The position numbers and the translations under genes are program-made. A DNA stretch of 64,000 nucleotides from Spirochaetia bacterium (lineage in GTDB: Bacteria; Spirochaetota; Spirochaetia; CAKZLE01): positions 4,128,001 to 4,192,000 of the forward strand of contig OY782041.1 of the NCBI GenBank assembly GCA_963677595.1, given 5' to 3'. Of this stretch, positions 1-10,229 are shown piece by piece (position 1 is the stretch's first letter; every line of letters begins with the position of its first letter). The notes below the pieces were generated by a model. The model was not told the origin of the DNA. It searched no databases and was given only the letters and a program-made list of their open reading frames with translations.

Positions 1-710
1 CCGGCGTTACCTGGCTGAAAGGGACCGGGATGAACATCAAGACTGCCGTCGACCTGATGGATCTCGATCTGAAATATATCCGCGAGGATGATGAGCATAT
101 CCATATCGGGACGCTCTCCACCCTCCGCATGCTCGAGACCAGCGAGATCATCGAACGTGAGTGTGGATCCCTGATCCAGGATGCCGTCTCTCACCTGATT
201 GGCATCCAGCTGAGGAACCAGATCACCATCGGAGCCCATGTCTATTCCCGGTTCGGGTTCTCCGACATCATCCCGACGTTATACGTACTCGATGCATCAG
301 TCAGGCTATTCAAGCATGGCGAGATGAAGCTCTCCGAGTTCCTCACCTGCGATATCAGGAAGGATATCCTCATAGAGGTGCTGATCCCGAAGAAAAACCG
401 GTCTGCACGCGTAAAGATGGTCAGGAACGCCTACAGTGACTATTCCATCCTCTGTGCTGCAGCATCAAGGACCGGGCATGCATGGATCATCTCCGTCGGG
501 GCCCGTCCAGGACGTGCCGTACCGGCAGTGAATGCGATGGCATACCTTGCAGGCAGGGAAGATGTCGATATCGACCCCCAGGCTGCGGCTAACCTTGCGG
601 CGGGGGAGTTGAGTTTCGCTACAAACCAGCGAGGCAGTTCCTCATACCGGAAGGAGCTGTGCAGGAACCTGATAAGACAGGAGATCGAGGAGATCATCAG
701 TGAAAGTTAA
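1..710 (+). CDS. Xanthine dehydrogenase/molybdenum hydroxylase family FAD-binding subunit (5'-truncated by window edge)
   Basis: Frame open from position 3 (GVTWLKGTG...); 'IGIQLRNQITIGA' and 'FGFSD' FAD-subunit motifs; overlaps the 2Fe-2S subunit gene. Confidence 0.85.
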   Translation, partial: GVTWLKGTGMNIKTAVDLMDLDLKYIREDDEHIHIGTLSTLRMLETSEIIERECGSLIQDAVSHLIGIQLRNQITIGAHVYSRFGFSDIIPTLYVLDASVRLFKHGEMKLSEFLTCDIRKDILIEVLIPKKNRSARVKMVRNAYSDYSILCAAASRTGHAWIISVGARPGRAVPAVNAMAYLAGREDVDIDPQAAANLAAGELSFATNQRGSSSYRKELCRNLIRQEIEEIISES

Positions 711-1155
711 CCTTTGGGTAAATGATAAGCAGGTGGAGTGGGATGTTGCTCCAGATGACTTCCTGGCAGATACGCTCCGTTCCCATGGATTCAAGAGCGT
801 GAAGACCGGCTGCGATGAGGGGGCCTGCGGGACCTGTACGGTCTGGATGGACGGCACCCCCATCCTCTCATGCCAGATGCTCACGGTGAAGGCTGCAGGC
901 AGCCGTATCACCACGATCGAGGGCGTGAAGGAAGAGGCGGAAGAGCTGGCGAGGTTCATGGTTTCGAAAGGTACGGAAGCCTGCGGGTACTGTGCCCCGG
1001 GATTCATCATGCAGGTCCTGGCCATGAAGCGGGAATTGAAAGACCCCACCTATGATGAGATACGGGAATACCTGAACGGGAACCTATGCAGGTGTACCGG
1101 GTATGCGAGCCGGAATGAATCGATTGATGAATACCTGAAACAGGTCAACCTGTAG
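700..1155 (+). CDS. Xanthine dehydrogenase family 2Fe-2S subunit
   Basis: GCDEGACGTC...SC and CGYC...GNLCRCTGY motifs; GAGGAG RBS before GTG. Confidence 0.92.
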   Translation: MKVNLWVNDKQVEWDVAPDDFLADTLRSHGFKSVKTGCDEGACGTCTVWMDGTPILSCQMLTVKAAGSRITTIEGVKEEAEELARFMVSKGTEACGYCAPGFIMQVLAMKRELKDPTYDEIREYLNGNLCRCTGYASRNESIDEYLKQVNL

Positions 1156-1172
1156 GAAGGAGACGAACAGCA

Positions 1173-2705
1173 GTGAACGTCATTGAGATGAAGGGCATCA
1201 GCAAGTATTTCGGGAACTTCGCCGCCAACGACCATGTCGATTTCAACCTGAAGAAGGGAGAGATCCACGCACTGCTCGGGGAGAACGGCGCGGGGAAGAC
1301 CACGCTCATGAACGTGCTGTATGGGCTGTACCACCCGAGCGAGGGGAATATCCTCGTGGATGGGGAGACCGTGTCCCTCACCAGTCCCAATGTGGCGATC
1401 AACCATGGGATCGGGATGGTACACCAGCATTTCATGCTGATCCCGCAGCTGACTGTTGCTCAGAACATCTTCCTGGGGATGAAGGGCAGCGGGTTCTTCT
1501 TCAATGCCGCGCGTAAGGCTGAGCGGGTCCGTAAACTGGAGAGCCGGTATGATTTCGATATCGACCCGAATGCCGAAGTGTCAGATCTCTCGGTAGGGAT
1601 GCAGCAGAAGGTAGAAATCCTCAAGGCTCTCATGCGCGATATCAACGTGCTCATCCTTGATGAACCGACCGCAGTCCTCACGCCGCAGGAGGTGGAGAGA
1701 CTCTTCACCTCCCTGAAGTCGATGACCCGTGAGGGGTATTCCATCATCCTCATCACCCACCGTATGGAGGAGGTCATGGCATACTGTGACCGTGTCACGG
1801 TCATGCGGGCAGGCAGGGTCGTTGCCACCGAGAACATCAAGGATGTGAACGAGGCAAAGCTTGCCAACATGATGATCGGCAGGGATGTGCTGCTGGAGAT
1901 CGAGAAAGAGGAGTCGAAACCGGGAGACCCTATCCTGAAGACCCACAACATCTGTGTATGCGGGAAACACGGCATCAATGCCGTGGAGGATGTCTCCTTC
2001 CAGGTCCATGCAGGGGAGATAGTCGGCATCGCGGGAGTCGACGGCAACGGCCAGCTTGAACTGGGCGAGACCCTTGCAGGCCTGCGCAGGATGGATTCTG
2101 GGATCCTCGAGATGAACGGGGAGACGGTCCACCTTCCCACGACAGCCAAGATGATGGGACACGGCCTCGGATATATCCCCGATGACCGCCAGAAGAAGGG
2201 CCTCGTGATGCCGTTCTCGATCAAAGAGAACATCCTGCTCGGTACCCACACATCACCCGATTACTGCAAGCGTAATTTCATCGACTACAAGTGCCTGAAC
2301 AGACGTGCCACCGATCTGGTGAACGCGTTTGACGTCCGGTACCAGAGTGTGGAGCAGAAAGCGCACGACCTGTCAGGAGGAAACCAGCAGAAGGTCATCC
2401 TGGCACGCGTCTTCTCACGGGACCCCAAGCTCATCCTCGCCATCCAGCCGACCCGCGGTCTCGATATCGGGGCGATAGAGTTCGTACGGCAGCAGCTCGT
2501 CCATGCGAGAGCCCAGGGCAAGGGCATACTGCTCATATCGACGGACCTCGACGAGATCATGAGCCTGAGCGATAGAGTACTGGTCATGTTCAAGGGGAAG
2601 ATATCCGAATCCTACCCCACACGTGAGATAACCGGGACGAAGATCGGGCTGCTGATGTCGGGGAAGAAACTGATCGATACTGAAGAAAAAGAATTGAGAG
2701 CGTAG
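1173..2705 (+). CDS. Nucleoside/simple-sugar (CUT2/Nup-type) ABC transporter ATPase with two NBDs
   Basis: GENGAGKT Walker A, LDEPT, LSGGNQQK, QPTRGLD. Confidence 0.93.
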   Translation: MNVIEMKGISKYFGNFAANDHVDFNLKKGEIHALLGENGAGKTTLMNVLYGLYHPSEGNILVDGETVSLTSPNVAINHGIGMVHQHFMLIPQLTVAQNIFLGMKGSGFFFNAARKAERVRKLESRYDFDIDPNAEVSDLSVGMQQKVEILKALMRDINVLILDEPTAVLTPQEVERLFTSLKSMTREGYSIILITHRMEEVMAYCDRVTVMRAGRVVATENIKDVNEAKLANMMIGRDVLLEIEKEESKPGDPILKTHNICVCGKHGINAVEDVSFQVHAGEIVGIAGVDGNGQLELGETLAGLRRMDSGILEMNGETVHLPTTAKMMGHGLGYIPDDRQKKGLVMPFSIKENILLGTHTSPDYCKRNFIDYKCLNRRATDLVNAFDVRYQSVEQKAHDLSGGNQQKVILARVFSRDPKLILAIQPTRGLDIGAIEFVRQQLVHARAQGKGILLISTDLDEIMSLSDRVLVMFKGKISESYPTREITGTKIGLLMSGKKLIDTEEKELRA

Positions 2706-2710
2706 AGCAT

Positions 2711-3787
2711 ATGATAAGACGAATACTTGATACGATGAAGAAACCGCTCCTGTCGGCAGTCCTCGCAGTCGCCGTGGTGGCATTGATCCTGATCGCTGCA
2801 GGCTATGATGCATCGAACGGGTTCTATGCCATGTTCTCTGCCACCTTCGGCAAGTTGAAGGGTTTCACCAACACCCTCAACAAAGCTACCCCCCTGATGC
2901 TCTGCGCCCTGGCTTTTGCCGTCGGGAGCAAAGGCAGCATCATGAACATGGGAATGGACGGACAGCTGCTGATCGGGGCAGTGCTCGCGTCAATCATCGG
3001 GATCAGTTTCGGAGGCCTCCCCTTCTATATCCTGATCCCCCTTGTCTGTATCGCCGGGGCAATAGGCGGAGCTATCTGGTCGTTCGTTCCAGGTCTGCTC
3101 AAGTCCCGGTTCGGTATTTCAGAGATCATCACGACCATCATGTTCAACTATATTGCCAGAGGCATCGTCGCATATCTTTGTGCCGGTCCGATGAAGAGTC
3201 CTGACACCTCACAGAATATCTCGCGGTATATCTCGGAGAACGCACAGTTCAGGAATCTCATACCGCATACCAAACTGCATGTGAGCTTCTTCATCGCTGT
3301 GGTGCTGGCGATCGGCTTGTTCATATTCCTCTACAAGACCCGCTACGGGTTCGAGATGCGGGCGGTCGGACTGAACAGGATCGCGGCTCAGGCCAATGGG
3401 ATCAGCACGGAACGGACAATGCTCACCACGATGCTGCTCAGCGGGGCCATAGCCGGGTTCGCAGGGTCACTGGAGGTCATGGGTACCACGCATTACATGA
3501 TCGAGACCCTCACCGACAGCTTCGGGTTCACGGGGATCGCCGTATCGATCCTGGTGAACAACAACCCGATCGGCATCATATTCAGCTCATTCATCTTCGG
3601 GATCCTGCGTACAGGAGCTACTGCCATGCAGCGGCTTGCTGATATCTCAAGCTCCTTCGTCGGTGTGTTCGAGGGCATGATCATCATCTTCATCGCCGTG
3701 GCGACCGTGAAGGACCCGAATAGGAAGGAAGCTGTTCTGAAACAGCCTGAGACACCAGAACCTGGTGATGAGGAGGTACTGTCATGA
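2711..3787 (+). CDS. Nucleoside-type ABC transporter permease
   Basis: Hydrophobic; NMGMDGQ, EIITTIMFNYIA, GFEMRAVG motifs. Confidence 0.9.
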   Translation: MIRRILDTMKKPLLSAVLAVAVVALILIAAGYDASNGFYAMFSATFGKLKGFTNTLNKATPLMLCALAFAVGSKGSIMNMGMDGQLLIGAVLASIIGISFGGLPFYILIPLVCIAGAIGGAIWSFVPGLLKSRFGISEIITTIMFNYIARGIVAYLCAGPMKSPDTSQNISRYISENAQFRNLIPHTKLHVSFFIAVVLAIGLFIFLYKTRYGFEMRAVGLNRIAAQANGISTERTMLTTMLLSGAIAGFAGSLEVMGTTHYMIETLTDSFGFTGIAVSILVNNNPIGIIFSSFIFGILRTGATAMQRLADISSSFVGVFEGMIIIFIAVATVKDPNRKEAVLKQPETPEPGDEEVLS

Positions 3788-4716
3788 CACTGGACTGGAT
3801 CATATCGTTCGCATCTTCAGTCATCCGTTTCTCGACCCCGCTCATGATCGCGACCCTGGCGTTGATCCTCTCGGAGAAGGCCGGGATGCTCAATATCGGG
3901 GTGGAGGGGCTCATGGCCACAGGGGCATTCTTCGCCTATGCATGTACGATCTTCTTCCATGACTCACCTGTGACGGGCTTGCTGCTCGCGATCCTTATCA
4001 CCGGTCTGATGAACCTGATCTATGCTGTGACCACCGTATCGTTCAAAGCCGAACAGGCGATCATAGGAATGGCCTTGAACATATTCTGCGTGGGTCTCGG
4101 GTCCTTCCTGTACCGCAGGATCTTCATGACCGGGGGACTGACGACTAAATGCTCGACCTTCCCGACTATCGAGATCCCCCTACTGTCAAAGATCCCGGTG
4201 ATCGGCCCCATCCTGTTCACCCAGTCCTGGTACGGGTACTTCGCCATCATCCTCGCGATCGCTATCTGGATCCTGCTAAAGAAGACGAACATCGGCAATT
4301 CGATCATCGCGATCGGGGAATACCCCGAGGCAGCGGACAGCCTGGCTATCCCTGTACGCCTCTACCGGTATGGCATCTGTTTCGTGAGCGGCGCGTTGTG
4401 GGGAGTGGCAGGGAGTGCCCTCTCCCTGAGCATCACCGGGTCGTATACCGACAACATCGTCAGCGGCCGCGGCTATATCGCCCTCGGACTGGTGATCCTG
4501 GGGAAATGGCATCCCCGTGGTGTCATCCTTGGGGCCCTGATCTTCGGGTTCTCCTATATCCTGCAGATCAATCTCCAGATCATCGGTATCAGCATCGACT
4601 ACAACCTCGTCAAGATTCTGCCGTACGTCCTGACTGTTTTCGTCGTTATCCTGGGTGGGCGGAAACGTATCGCATCCCCCAAGGCCCTCGGAGTCCCGTA
4701 TGTGAAGTCGAAATAG
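3784..4716 (+). CDS. Nucleoside-type ABC transporter permease
   Basis: EKAGMLNIGVEG, GRGYIAL, LPY...PKALG motifs. Confidence 0.9.
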   Translation: MTLDWIISFASSVIRFSTPLMIATLALILSEKAGMLNIGVEGLMATGAFFAYACTIFFHDSPVTGLLLAILITGLMNLIYAVTTVSFKAEQAIIGMALNIFCVGLGSFLYRRIFMTGGLTTKCSTFPTIEIPLLSKIPVIGPILFTQSWYGYFAIILAIAIWILLKKTNIGNSIIAIGEYPEAADSLAIPVRLYRYGICFVSGALWGVAGSALSLSITGSYTDNIVSGRGYIALGLVILGKWHPRGVILGALIFGFSYILQINLQIIGISIDYNLVKILPYVLTVFVVILGGRKRIASPKALGVPYVKSK

Positions 4717-4794
4717 ACACCCATTGGGATCCCGGGGTCCAATTACCTTAGAAGCTTTTTTTAGAAAATAGATAATTCATTGATGGAGGAAATT

Positions 4795-5913
4795 ATGAGA
4801 CTCAAAAAGCTACTTGTTCTTGTTCTGATCATGGGTTTGGCATGTTCAGTAGTATTCGCCGGTGGTACAAAAGAGACGACCGCAGCTGCTGCACCTACTG
4901 AAGAGACTGCTCTGACTCCAGCTTCTATCGCGAAAGCTGCGTCAAACGTGGTAGTTCCTGCGTCCTTCGATGGTCTTGCATATAAAGACCTGAAGGCAGC
5001 CATCCTGGTTCCCGATTCATACACCGAACCCGGCTGGAGCCAGACCGGTGCGTTGGGGATGGACAGTATCGAGGCGGCCCTCGGCTGTACAACGACCATC
5101 GTCGAAGCTGCATCGCCTGACCAGATGAAGACTGAGGCTGAAGCCCTCGCTGACGACGGCTACCAGCTGATCGTCGGTCACGGCAACCAGTACGAGGATG
5201 CGTTCAACGAGATCTGCGGTGACTATCCTGACACCCTCTTCGTCACGATGGGCGGTACTACCTTCAGCAGTAACCAGCTGCCGATCTACAGCGCACTGGG
5301 GCAGCCCTATTACCTGCTAGGTATCATCGCCGGCGCGATGACCGAATCAAACAAGACCGCATTCATCGCCGGAGCAAACTGGAACTCCTTCCTGAAGGAA
5401 GCATACTCCTATTATGAAGGTGTGAAGGCTGTCAATCCCGACTGTGAGTACTCACTGGTCGTCATGAACGACTACACCGATGCCAATGAGGCATACGAGA
5501 CTGCCGTGAGCCTTGTCAACTCAGGCTGCGACTACATTGCCGTCAGTGCCAATGCCTCGAACAGTTCCGTGATGCAGGCTTGTGAGGAGTATGGTGTGGC
5601 ATGTGCGTCAGATGGTGTCGACTACAGCTCTGATTATCCCAATGCCACCTTCGGGTCAGTCTATACCTCTTTCGAGAGCTGTTTCCCCGTATTCGCCAAG
5701 GAGCTCTGTGACGGTACCTTCGAGGTCGATCCTACCGGGAACACCTCATTCGGCTATTCCGACGGCTACTGGGAGGTGATCATGAACCCCAACTTCCCGC
5801 TCTCAGCTGAAGCACAGGCGAAGATCGATGAGATCATGGCTGATCCCGACAATGTACCGGAAGTCTCTGAGCTGGACATCACACTTGGGACCTATGTCTT
5901 TGATGGTTCATAA
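4795..5913 (+). CDS. BMP/PnrA-family solute-binding protein
   Basis: Signal peptide 'VFAGGTKE'; BMP-like 'GWSQ', 'VGHGNQY', 'YLLGIIAG'; GGAGGA RBS. Confidence 0.85.
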   Translation: MRLKKLLVLVLIMGLACSVVFAGGTKETTAAAAPTEETALTPASIAKAASNVVVPASFDGLAYKDLKAAILVPDSYTEPGWSQTGALGMDSIEAALGCTTTIVEAASPDQMKTEAEALADDGYQLIVGHGNQYEDAFNEICGDYPDTLFVTMGGTTFSSNQLPIYSALGQPYYLLGIIAGAMTESNKTAFIAGANWNSFLKEAYSYYEGVKAVNPDCEYSLVVMNDYTDANEAYETAVSLVNSGCDYIAVSANASNSSVMQACEEYGVACASDGVDYSSDYPNATFGSVYTSFESCFPVFAKELCDGTFEVDPTGNTSFGYSDGYWEVIMNPNFPLSAEAQAKIDEIMADPDNVPEVSELDITLGTYVFDGS

Positions 5914-5942
5914 GAAGTAGCGATATACACTCGTTCTAAAAG

Positions 5943-5972
5943 AAACCTTCGATCGTCAGTGATCGAAGGTTT
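5943..5972. terminator. Probable bidirectional intrinsic terminator
   Basis: 12-bp perfect inverted repeat AAACCTTCGATC-gtcagt-GATCGAAGGTTT between convergent genes. Confidence 0.75.
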
Positions 5973-5978
5973 CCTTGT

Positions 5979-8285
5979 TTATTCCCGGTTCAGGGACCTG
6001 ACAAGATCCTCGACATCCTCATAGCTGACACTTCCGTCAGTGTTCATGTCGATATAGGAGTAGATACCCCAGAAGGTCTTCAGGAGTGATGCCTTCACCA
6101 GGGACCTGTCCTCATCAGCCCCGATGAGGCCATGGTCGAGGAGAAAGGAAAAGACGAGATCGTCAGCCCCGGAGACCCTGAAGATCTCCGTGAACCCGCT
6201 CTCTGTCGTGAGCAACGGGTACTTCTCTACAGGGTTGATCCATGCGATCTCGGCAGTCAGCCTGATATCGCGGCTTGATGATGCAAGACTGATCGTATAG
6301 GTCCCGGATGGGGCATCCCAGGACCCGAGAAGCTCATCATAATAGGCAAAGTCGCGGTACTCAAGCTGGAATTCGACACTTTCTGTCTCGCCCGGCTCCA
6401 AGGAGACCCGGGTGAAGCCTTTCAGTTCCCTGACAGGCCTGGCAACCTCGGGACCAACCTGCCCCACATAGAGCTGGACTATCTCATCTCCGGTACTATT
6501 TCCGGTATTCCTGATGTCCGCACGTATCTGGTACACAACGTCCGTAGTTCCCGAGGCAATCGGTGTTAGTACCATGTGGGAATACTCGAAGTTCGTGTAG
6601 GAAAGTCCGAAGCCGAACGGGAACTGCGGTTCGGTTCCCCGGTAGTCGTAGTAGCGATACCCGACAAATACACTCTCCCCATAGTCCTGCTGGAACCGGT
6701 TTCCTGGGAAGCAGCCATACACTGGAGTGTCCTCCACCCGTGCAGGGAACGTCGCAGACAGCTTGCCTGACGGGGACCTCATCCCGAGCAGGATATCAGC
6801 GAGGGCCCATCCCAGTCCTTCCCCGGCGAACCCTGTGTACAGCAGTCCCTGCACATGGTCTATCCACGGCATCACGACCGCATCACCGGAAGCAAGGACC
6901 ACCACGACGGGGGTACCCCTGCCGGAGAGTTCCTCGATAAGCTCTGAATGGGCTGGTTCGATGGATAGGTCCGTCCTGTTATAAGTATCTGATTCCTCCG
7001 GCAGGCGGCAGCCGGCAAATATGATCACCGTATCGGCTTCCTGTATACGTTCGACTGCCTCAGCCAGATAGGTAGGATTTCTTGACAGGTCAGCGTTATA
7101 ACCGGGAAGGTAATCGATAGAGAAATCATCTCCGGCAGCAGACTGCAGCTCTCCCAGGGGAGAGTCCACCGCAGCAGCATTGATGATGGCACAGCCTGTC
7201 CCCTGGTAGAGCGGGTCCACTGCCAAAGTCCCTACAACACACACCTTCGTTCCGGGCTTCAATGGAAGGACACTCCCTTCATTCTTCAGGAGCACCAGTG
7301 AACGGATGGCCGCTTCCCGGGCAAGTTCATGGTTCCGGGTGAAATCAGCTGCAGCTTGCCGGGGCTGCTGTCCCTGCAGGGAGAAGACGACAGACAGGAT
7401 CCTTTCCACCCGCTCGTCCAGGGCCTCAAGGGAGAGCTCCCCACGTTCATATGCTTGCCTCAAGCGATTGAGTGAAGCATGTGATTCAGGCATATGCAGG
7501 TCCAGTCCGCCATCATGGGCCTTGAGAGGATGCGGCACACCGCCCCAATCACTTATGGTCATCCCCTCGAAGCCCCACTCACCTTTGAGGATATCACGCA
7601 GGATATGATGGTTCTCGGAGGCATATTCCCCGTTCACCTTATTATAGGCTGTCATGACCGCTTTCGGCCTGCCCTTTCTCACGACACGCTCGAAGGAGGA
7701 GAGATAGATCTCCCTGAGAGCCCGTTCATCTATACGGGCATCGACCCTGGTCCGGAAATCATCACTGGTATGGCAGACGAAGTGCTTCGGGCAGGCTCCG
7801 ATCCCCTTGGATGCTAACCCTGAGACCACCGCAGCTCCCAAGTCCCCCGATAGACACGGGTCCTCCGAGTAGTATTCGAAATTCCGTCCCGTGAACGGGT
7901 GACGTCGTATGTTCACACCTGGTCCAAGGAGCAGGGAGATCCCAAGGGTGTGGCACTCATCAGCTATGGCTTGACCAGTCTGCCTGATGAGATCCGTATC
8001 CCAGGAACAGGAGATCGTCGACCCGGAGGGGAAACAGGTTGCCTTATGGGTCTTAGCTAGGGCTTCAGCAGTATCGAACCCCTCGCTGCCGTCGATGAAG
8101 CCTGATGATGACTCACCACCAGACTCTATCTGGAACCGGATTCCGTTCGTCCCGTCGCTCATGATGATCGATGGTATCCCCAGATGGGGGAATGCTGCAG
8201 TCCTCCACAACCCGAGTCCTGTCGTCAGCCTGAGTTTCTCTTCCCATGACATGGCCTGGACCAGCGTTTTGATCGTACTGTCCAT
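5979..8285 (-). CDS. Glycoside hydrolase family 3 (beta-glucosidase-like) with Fn3-like C-terminal domain
   Basis: SDGTNGIR, GRNFEYYSEDP, KHF, SDW nucleophile motif, FVGYRYY, PFGFGLSYT; GAAGGAGG RBS. Confidence 0.92.
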   Translation of the reverse strand: MDSTIKTLVQAMSWEEKLRLTTGLGLWRTAAFPHLGIPSIIMSDGTNGIRFQIESGGESSSGFIDGSEGFDTAEALAKTHKATCFPSGSTISCSWDTDLIRQTGQAIADECHTLGISLLLGPGVNIRRHPFTGRNFEYYSEDPCLSGDLGAAVVSGLASKGIGACPKHFVCHTSDDFRTRVDARIDERALREIYLSSFERVVRKGRPKAVMTAYNKVNGEYASENHHILRDILKGEWGFEGMTISDWGGVPHPLKAHDGGLDLHMPESHASLNRLRQAYERGELSLEALDERVERILSVVFSLQGQQPRQAAADFTRNHELAREAAIRSLVLLKNEGSVLPLKPGTKVCVVGTLAVDPLYQGTGCAIINAAAVDSPLGELQSAAGDDFSIDYLPGYNADLSRNPTYLAEAVERIQEADTVIIFAGCRLPEESDTYNRTDLSIEPAHSELIEELSGRGTPVVVVLASGDAVVMPWIDHVQGLLYTGFAGEGLGWALADILLGMRSPSGKLSATFPARVEDTPVYGCFPGNRFQQDYGESVFVGYRYYDYRGTEPQFPFGFGLSYTNFEYSHMVLTPIASGTTDVVYQIRADIRNTGNSTGDEIVQLYVGQVGPEVARPVRELKGFTRVSLEPGETESVEFQLEYRDFAYYDELLGSWDAPSGTYTISLASSSRDIRLTAEIAWINPVEKYPLLTTESGFTEIFRVSGADDLVFSFLLDHGLIGADEDRSLVKASLLKTFWGIYSYIDMNTDGSVSYEDVEDLVRSLNRE

Positions 8286-8337
8286 CGTAGATCCCTCCTT
8301 CAATGTTTCATGTATGCATCAGCGAGACAGGGTTTTG

Positions 8338-10194
8338 TTATCTCGCAATATGATCGAGCAGCCCAAGTCTCCTCAGCGTACGCTCTTCAGGTTTCCCGCC
8401 CTCATCCCAGCCGCGCAGGGCGTAGTATTCAGATTTCATCCTCTCGAGCTGGTTCACGATTCCCATGTGCTCTCCGGTCGATTCCAGCCCAGTCAGACGG
8501 TCCCCTGTGAATTTCTCGATACTGACTGGTTCATGTAAAAACCGGTCAGGGAGGACATCATCCTCACCGGAAAGTCCCTCGCGCAGGTTGAACAGCCGCT
8601 CCATATTGATGATCCGCTCGCCGAGCGCCATCAATGAGTCGAGTGTGATCTGTTCGCCGAAGATCGCGTTATAGCCTTCCAGGAGATCATCAGGCATGAT
8701 CGCAAAGGTCTCTGGACAGGAGAACTTGCAGAGGCCGAATGAATCAGATAGAGCGTTGAATTCTTCCGAGAACTTCACCAGCTGCGGTTTATGCACCGGA
8801 CTTGTCACTTCCAGGATCTCAGGCAGGAGCTCAGGGAAGAGCTTCTCCGCTGCTTTCAGGTTGTGGGAGACATCCAGAGTCGGCAGTCCATAACCCCAGT
8901 CACCTCCCCAGTTGGATACAGCAAGAGAGAGGCCGAATGCCTGTGACTGGCGCGGTTCCTGGCCGGAGAGCTCGACACCCTTCACTTCCATGGCATATGG
9001 CCGTGTTTCGAGGTGATGCAAGGTAAACTCCCTGCTTCCGTCCCTCAACTCTCCGCCGAGACCTTCACCGGAGACTACTTCTGCAAGAAGGCGTCGTACG
9101 GCGTCTTTGTCTCCCCAAGGGAGTACTCGCCCTTCGAGGAGATCCCGCTGGGAACATTCCATGGCAAAAGCGGTTATTCCACCGAAACCGACCGGATCGA
9201 TCCCATACTTGAGGCACTCCTCATAGATTTCTATGATGAAGGGCAGGTCACCGTTCCCGATCCTGGGACCAAGGCCCCACAATGGTTCATAACCAAGAGC
9301 TTCTGTCACGGTGGTCCCCGTATCGACTCTCTTGATGCATTCGATAGCACATCCGGGACACGGCTTGTTCCCCACGACATACTTCCGCAGCTCTTCCACC
9401 CCGATGGTATCGAGCCCGTCGAAATGGGTGAGCTGGTGGTTGTTCGTCGCCAGGTCCCCCACCTGGTTCTTGCTCTCAAGCAGCATCGCTTTCCCGAGAT
9501 TCTTCAGCTTGACTGAAGCGGGATGCTCCATGACCTGTTTTCTTTTAACCTGTACCAGTCCCTGGAAATCCCTTGGGACCTGCGGATTCGGGGTATTGGG
9601 GTATATCGTCAGGGACTTGAGCTGCTTGCTCCCCATGACAGCTCCCAATCCTGTACGGGGGGAGGTGTGGTATTCGTCGAACACGATGGTCCCGAGCCCG
9701 GCAAGCTGTTCCCCTGCAGGGCCGATGATCGCTGTAGAGGCCCCGGGATATCTCTCCCGCAGGACTACGGAAGTTTCCCGCGTGTCCAACCCCCAGAGAC
9801 CTGCTGCATCCTCGAAATAGACAGAACCCTTCTCGATATGGCAGGAGACCGGCTCTGAGGCCTTTCCGGTGATCACGATCCCCGTAAGGCCTTGACTCGC
9901 AAGGTCCTTGCCAAAGCTTCCCCAGGTGAATGCACCTCCGAGAGCATGGGTGAGGGGAGACTTCGCCGTGATCTGGGTCTGTACGGAACTCGGCCAGTCG
10001 GTCCCGCAGAACGGGCCGATGGTCAAGATCAGGGGATTTGCAGGATCCAGAGCATCTATACCGCTCCTGCAGTATTCGAAGAGAAGCTCGATACCAAGCC
10101 CCCTGCCCCCGATCACCTGTTTCATGACTGCTTCATCGAGCTCCCGCACTTGAGCATCTCGCTTTCCAAGATCTATATGTACAATACGATTCAT
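8338..10194 (-). CDS. Aldehyde:ferredoxin oxidoreductase (tungsten AOR/WOR) family protein 1
   Basis: GGRGLG, KSPLT, GAVMGSKQLK, CxxCxxxC (CPGCAIEC), DSFGLCKF, ERLFNLREG...LPDRF, YYALRGWD; start codon uncertain. Confidence 0.92.
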   Translation of the reverse strand: MNRIVHIDLGKRDAQVRELDEAVMKQVIGGRGLGIELLFEYCRSGIDALDPANPLILTIGPFCGTDWPSSVQTQITAKSPLTHALGGAFTWGSFGKDLASQGLTGIVITGKASEPVSCHIEKGSVYFEDAAGLWGLDTRETSVVLRERYPGASTAIIGPAGEQLAGLGTIVFDEYHTSPRTGLGAVMGSKQLKSLTIYPNTPNPQVPRDFQGLVQVKRKQVMEHPASVKLKNLGKAMLLESKNQVGDLATNNHQLTHFDGLDTIGVEELRKYVVGNKPCPGCAIECIKRVDTGTTVTEALGYEPLWGLGPRIGNGDLPFIIEIYEECLKYGIDPVGFGGITAFAMECSQRDLLEGRVLPWGDKDAVRRLLAEVVSGEGLGGELRDGSREFTLHHLETRPYAMEVKGVELSGQEPRQSQAFGLSLAVSNWGGDWGYGLPTLDVSHNLKAAEKLFPELLPEILEVTSPVHKPQLVKFSEEFNALSDSFGLCKFSCPETFAIMPDDLLEGYNAIFGEQITLDSLMALGERIINMERLFNLREGLSGEDDVLPDRFLHEPVSIEKFTGDRLTGLESTGEHMGIVNQLERMKSEYYALRGWDEGGKPEERTLRRLGLLDHIAR

Positions 10195-10229
10195 GTGATA
10201 TGTGACTCCATGCAATAGGTCGAGCCGAT

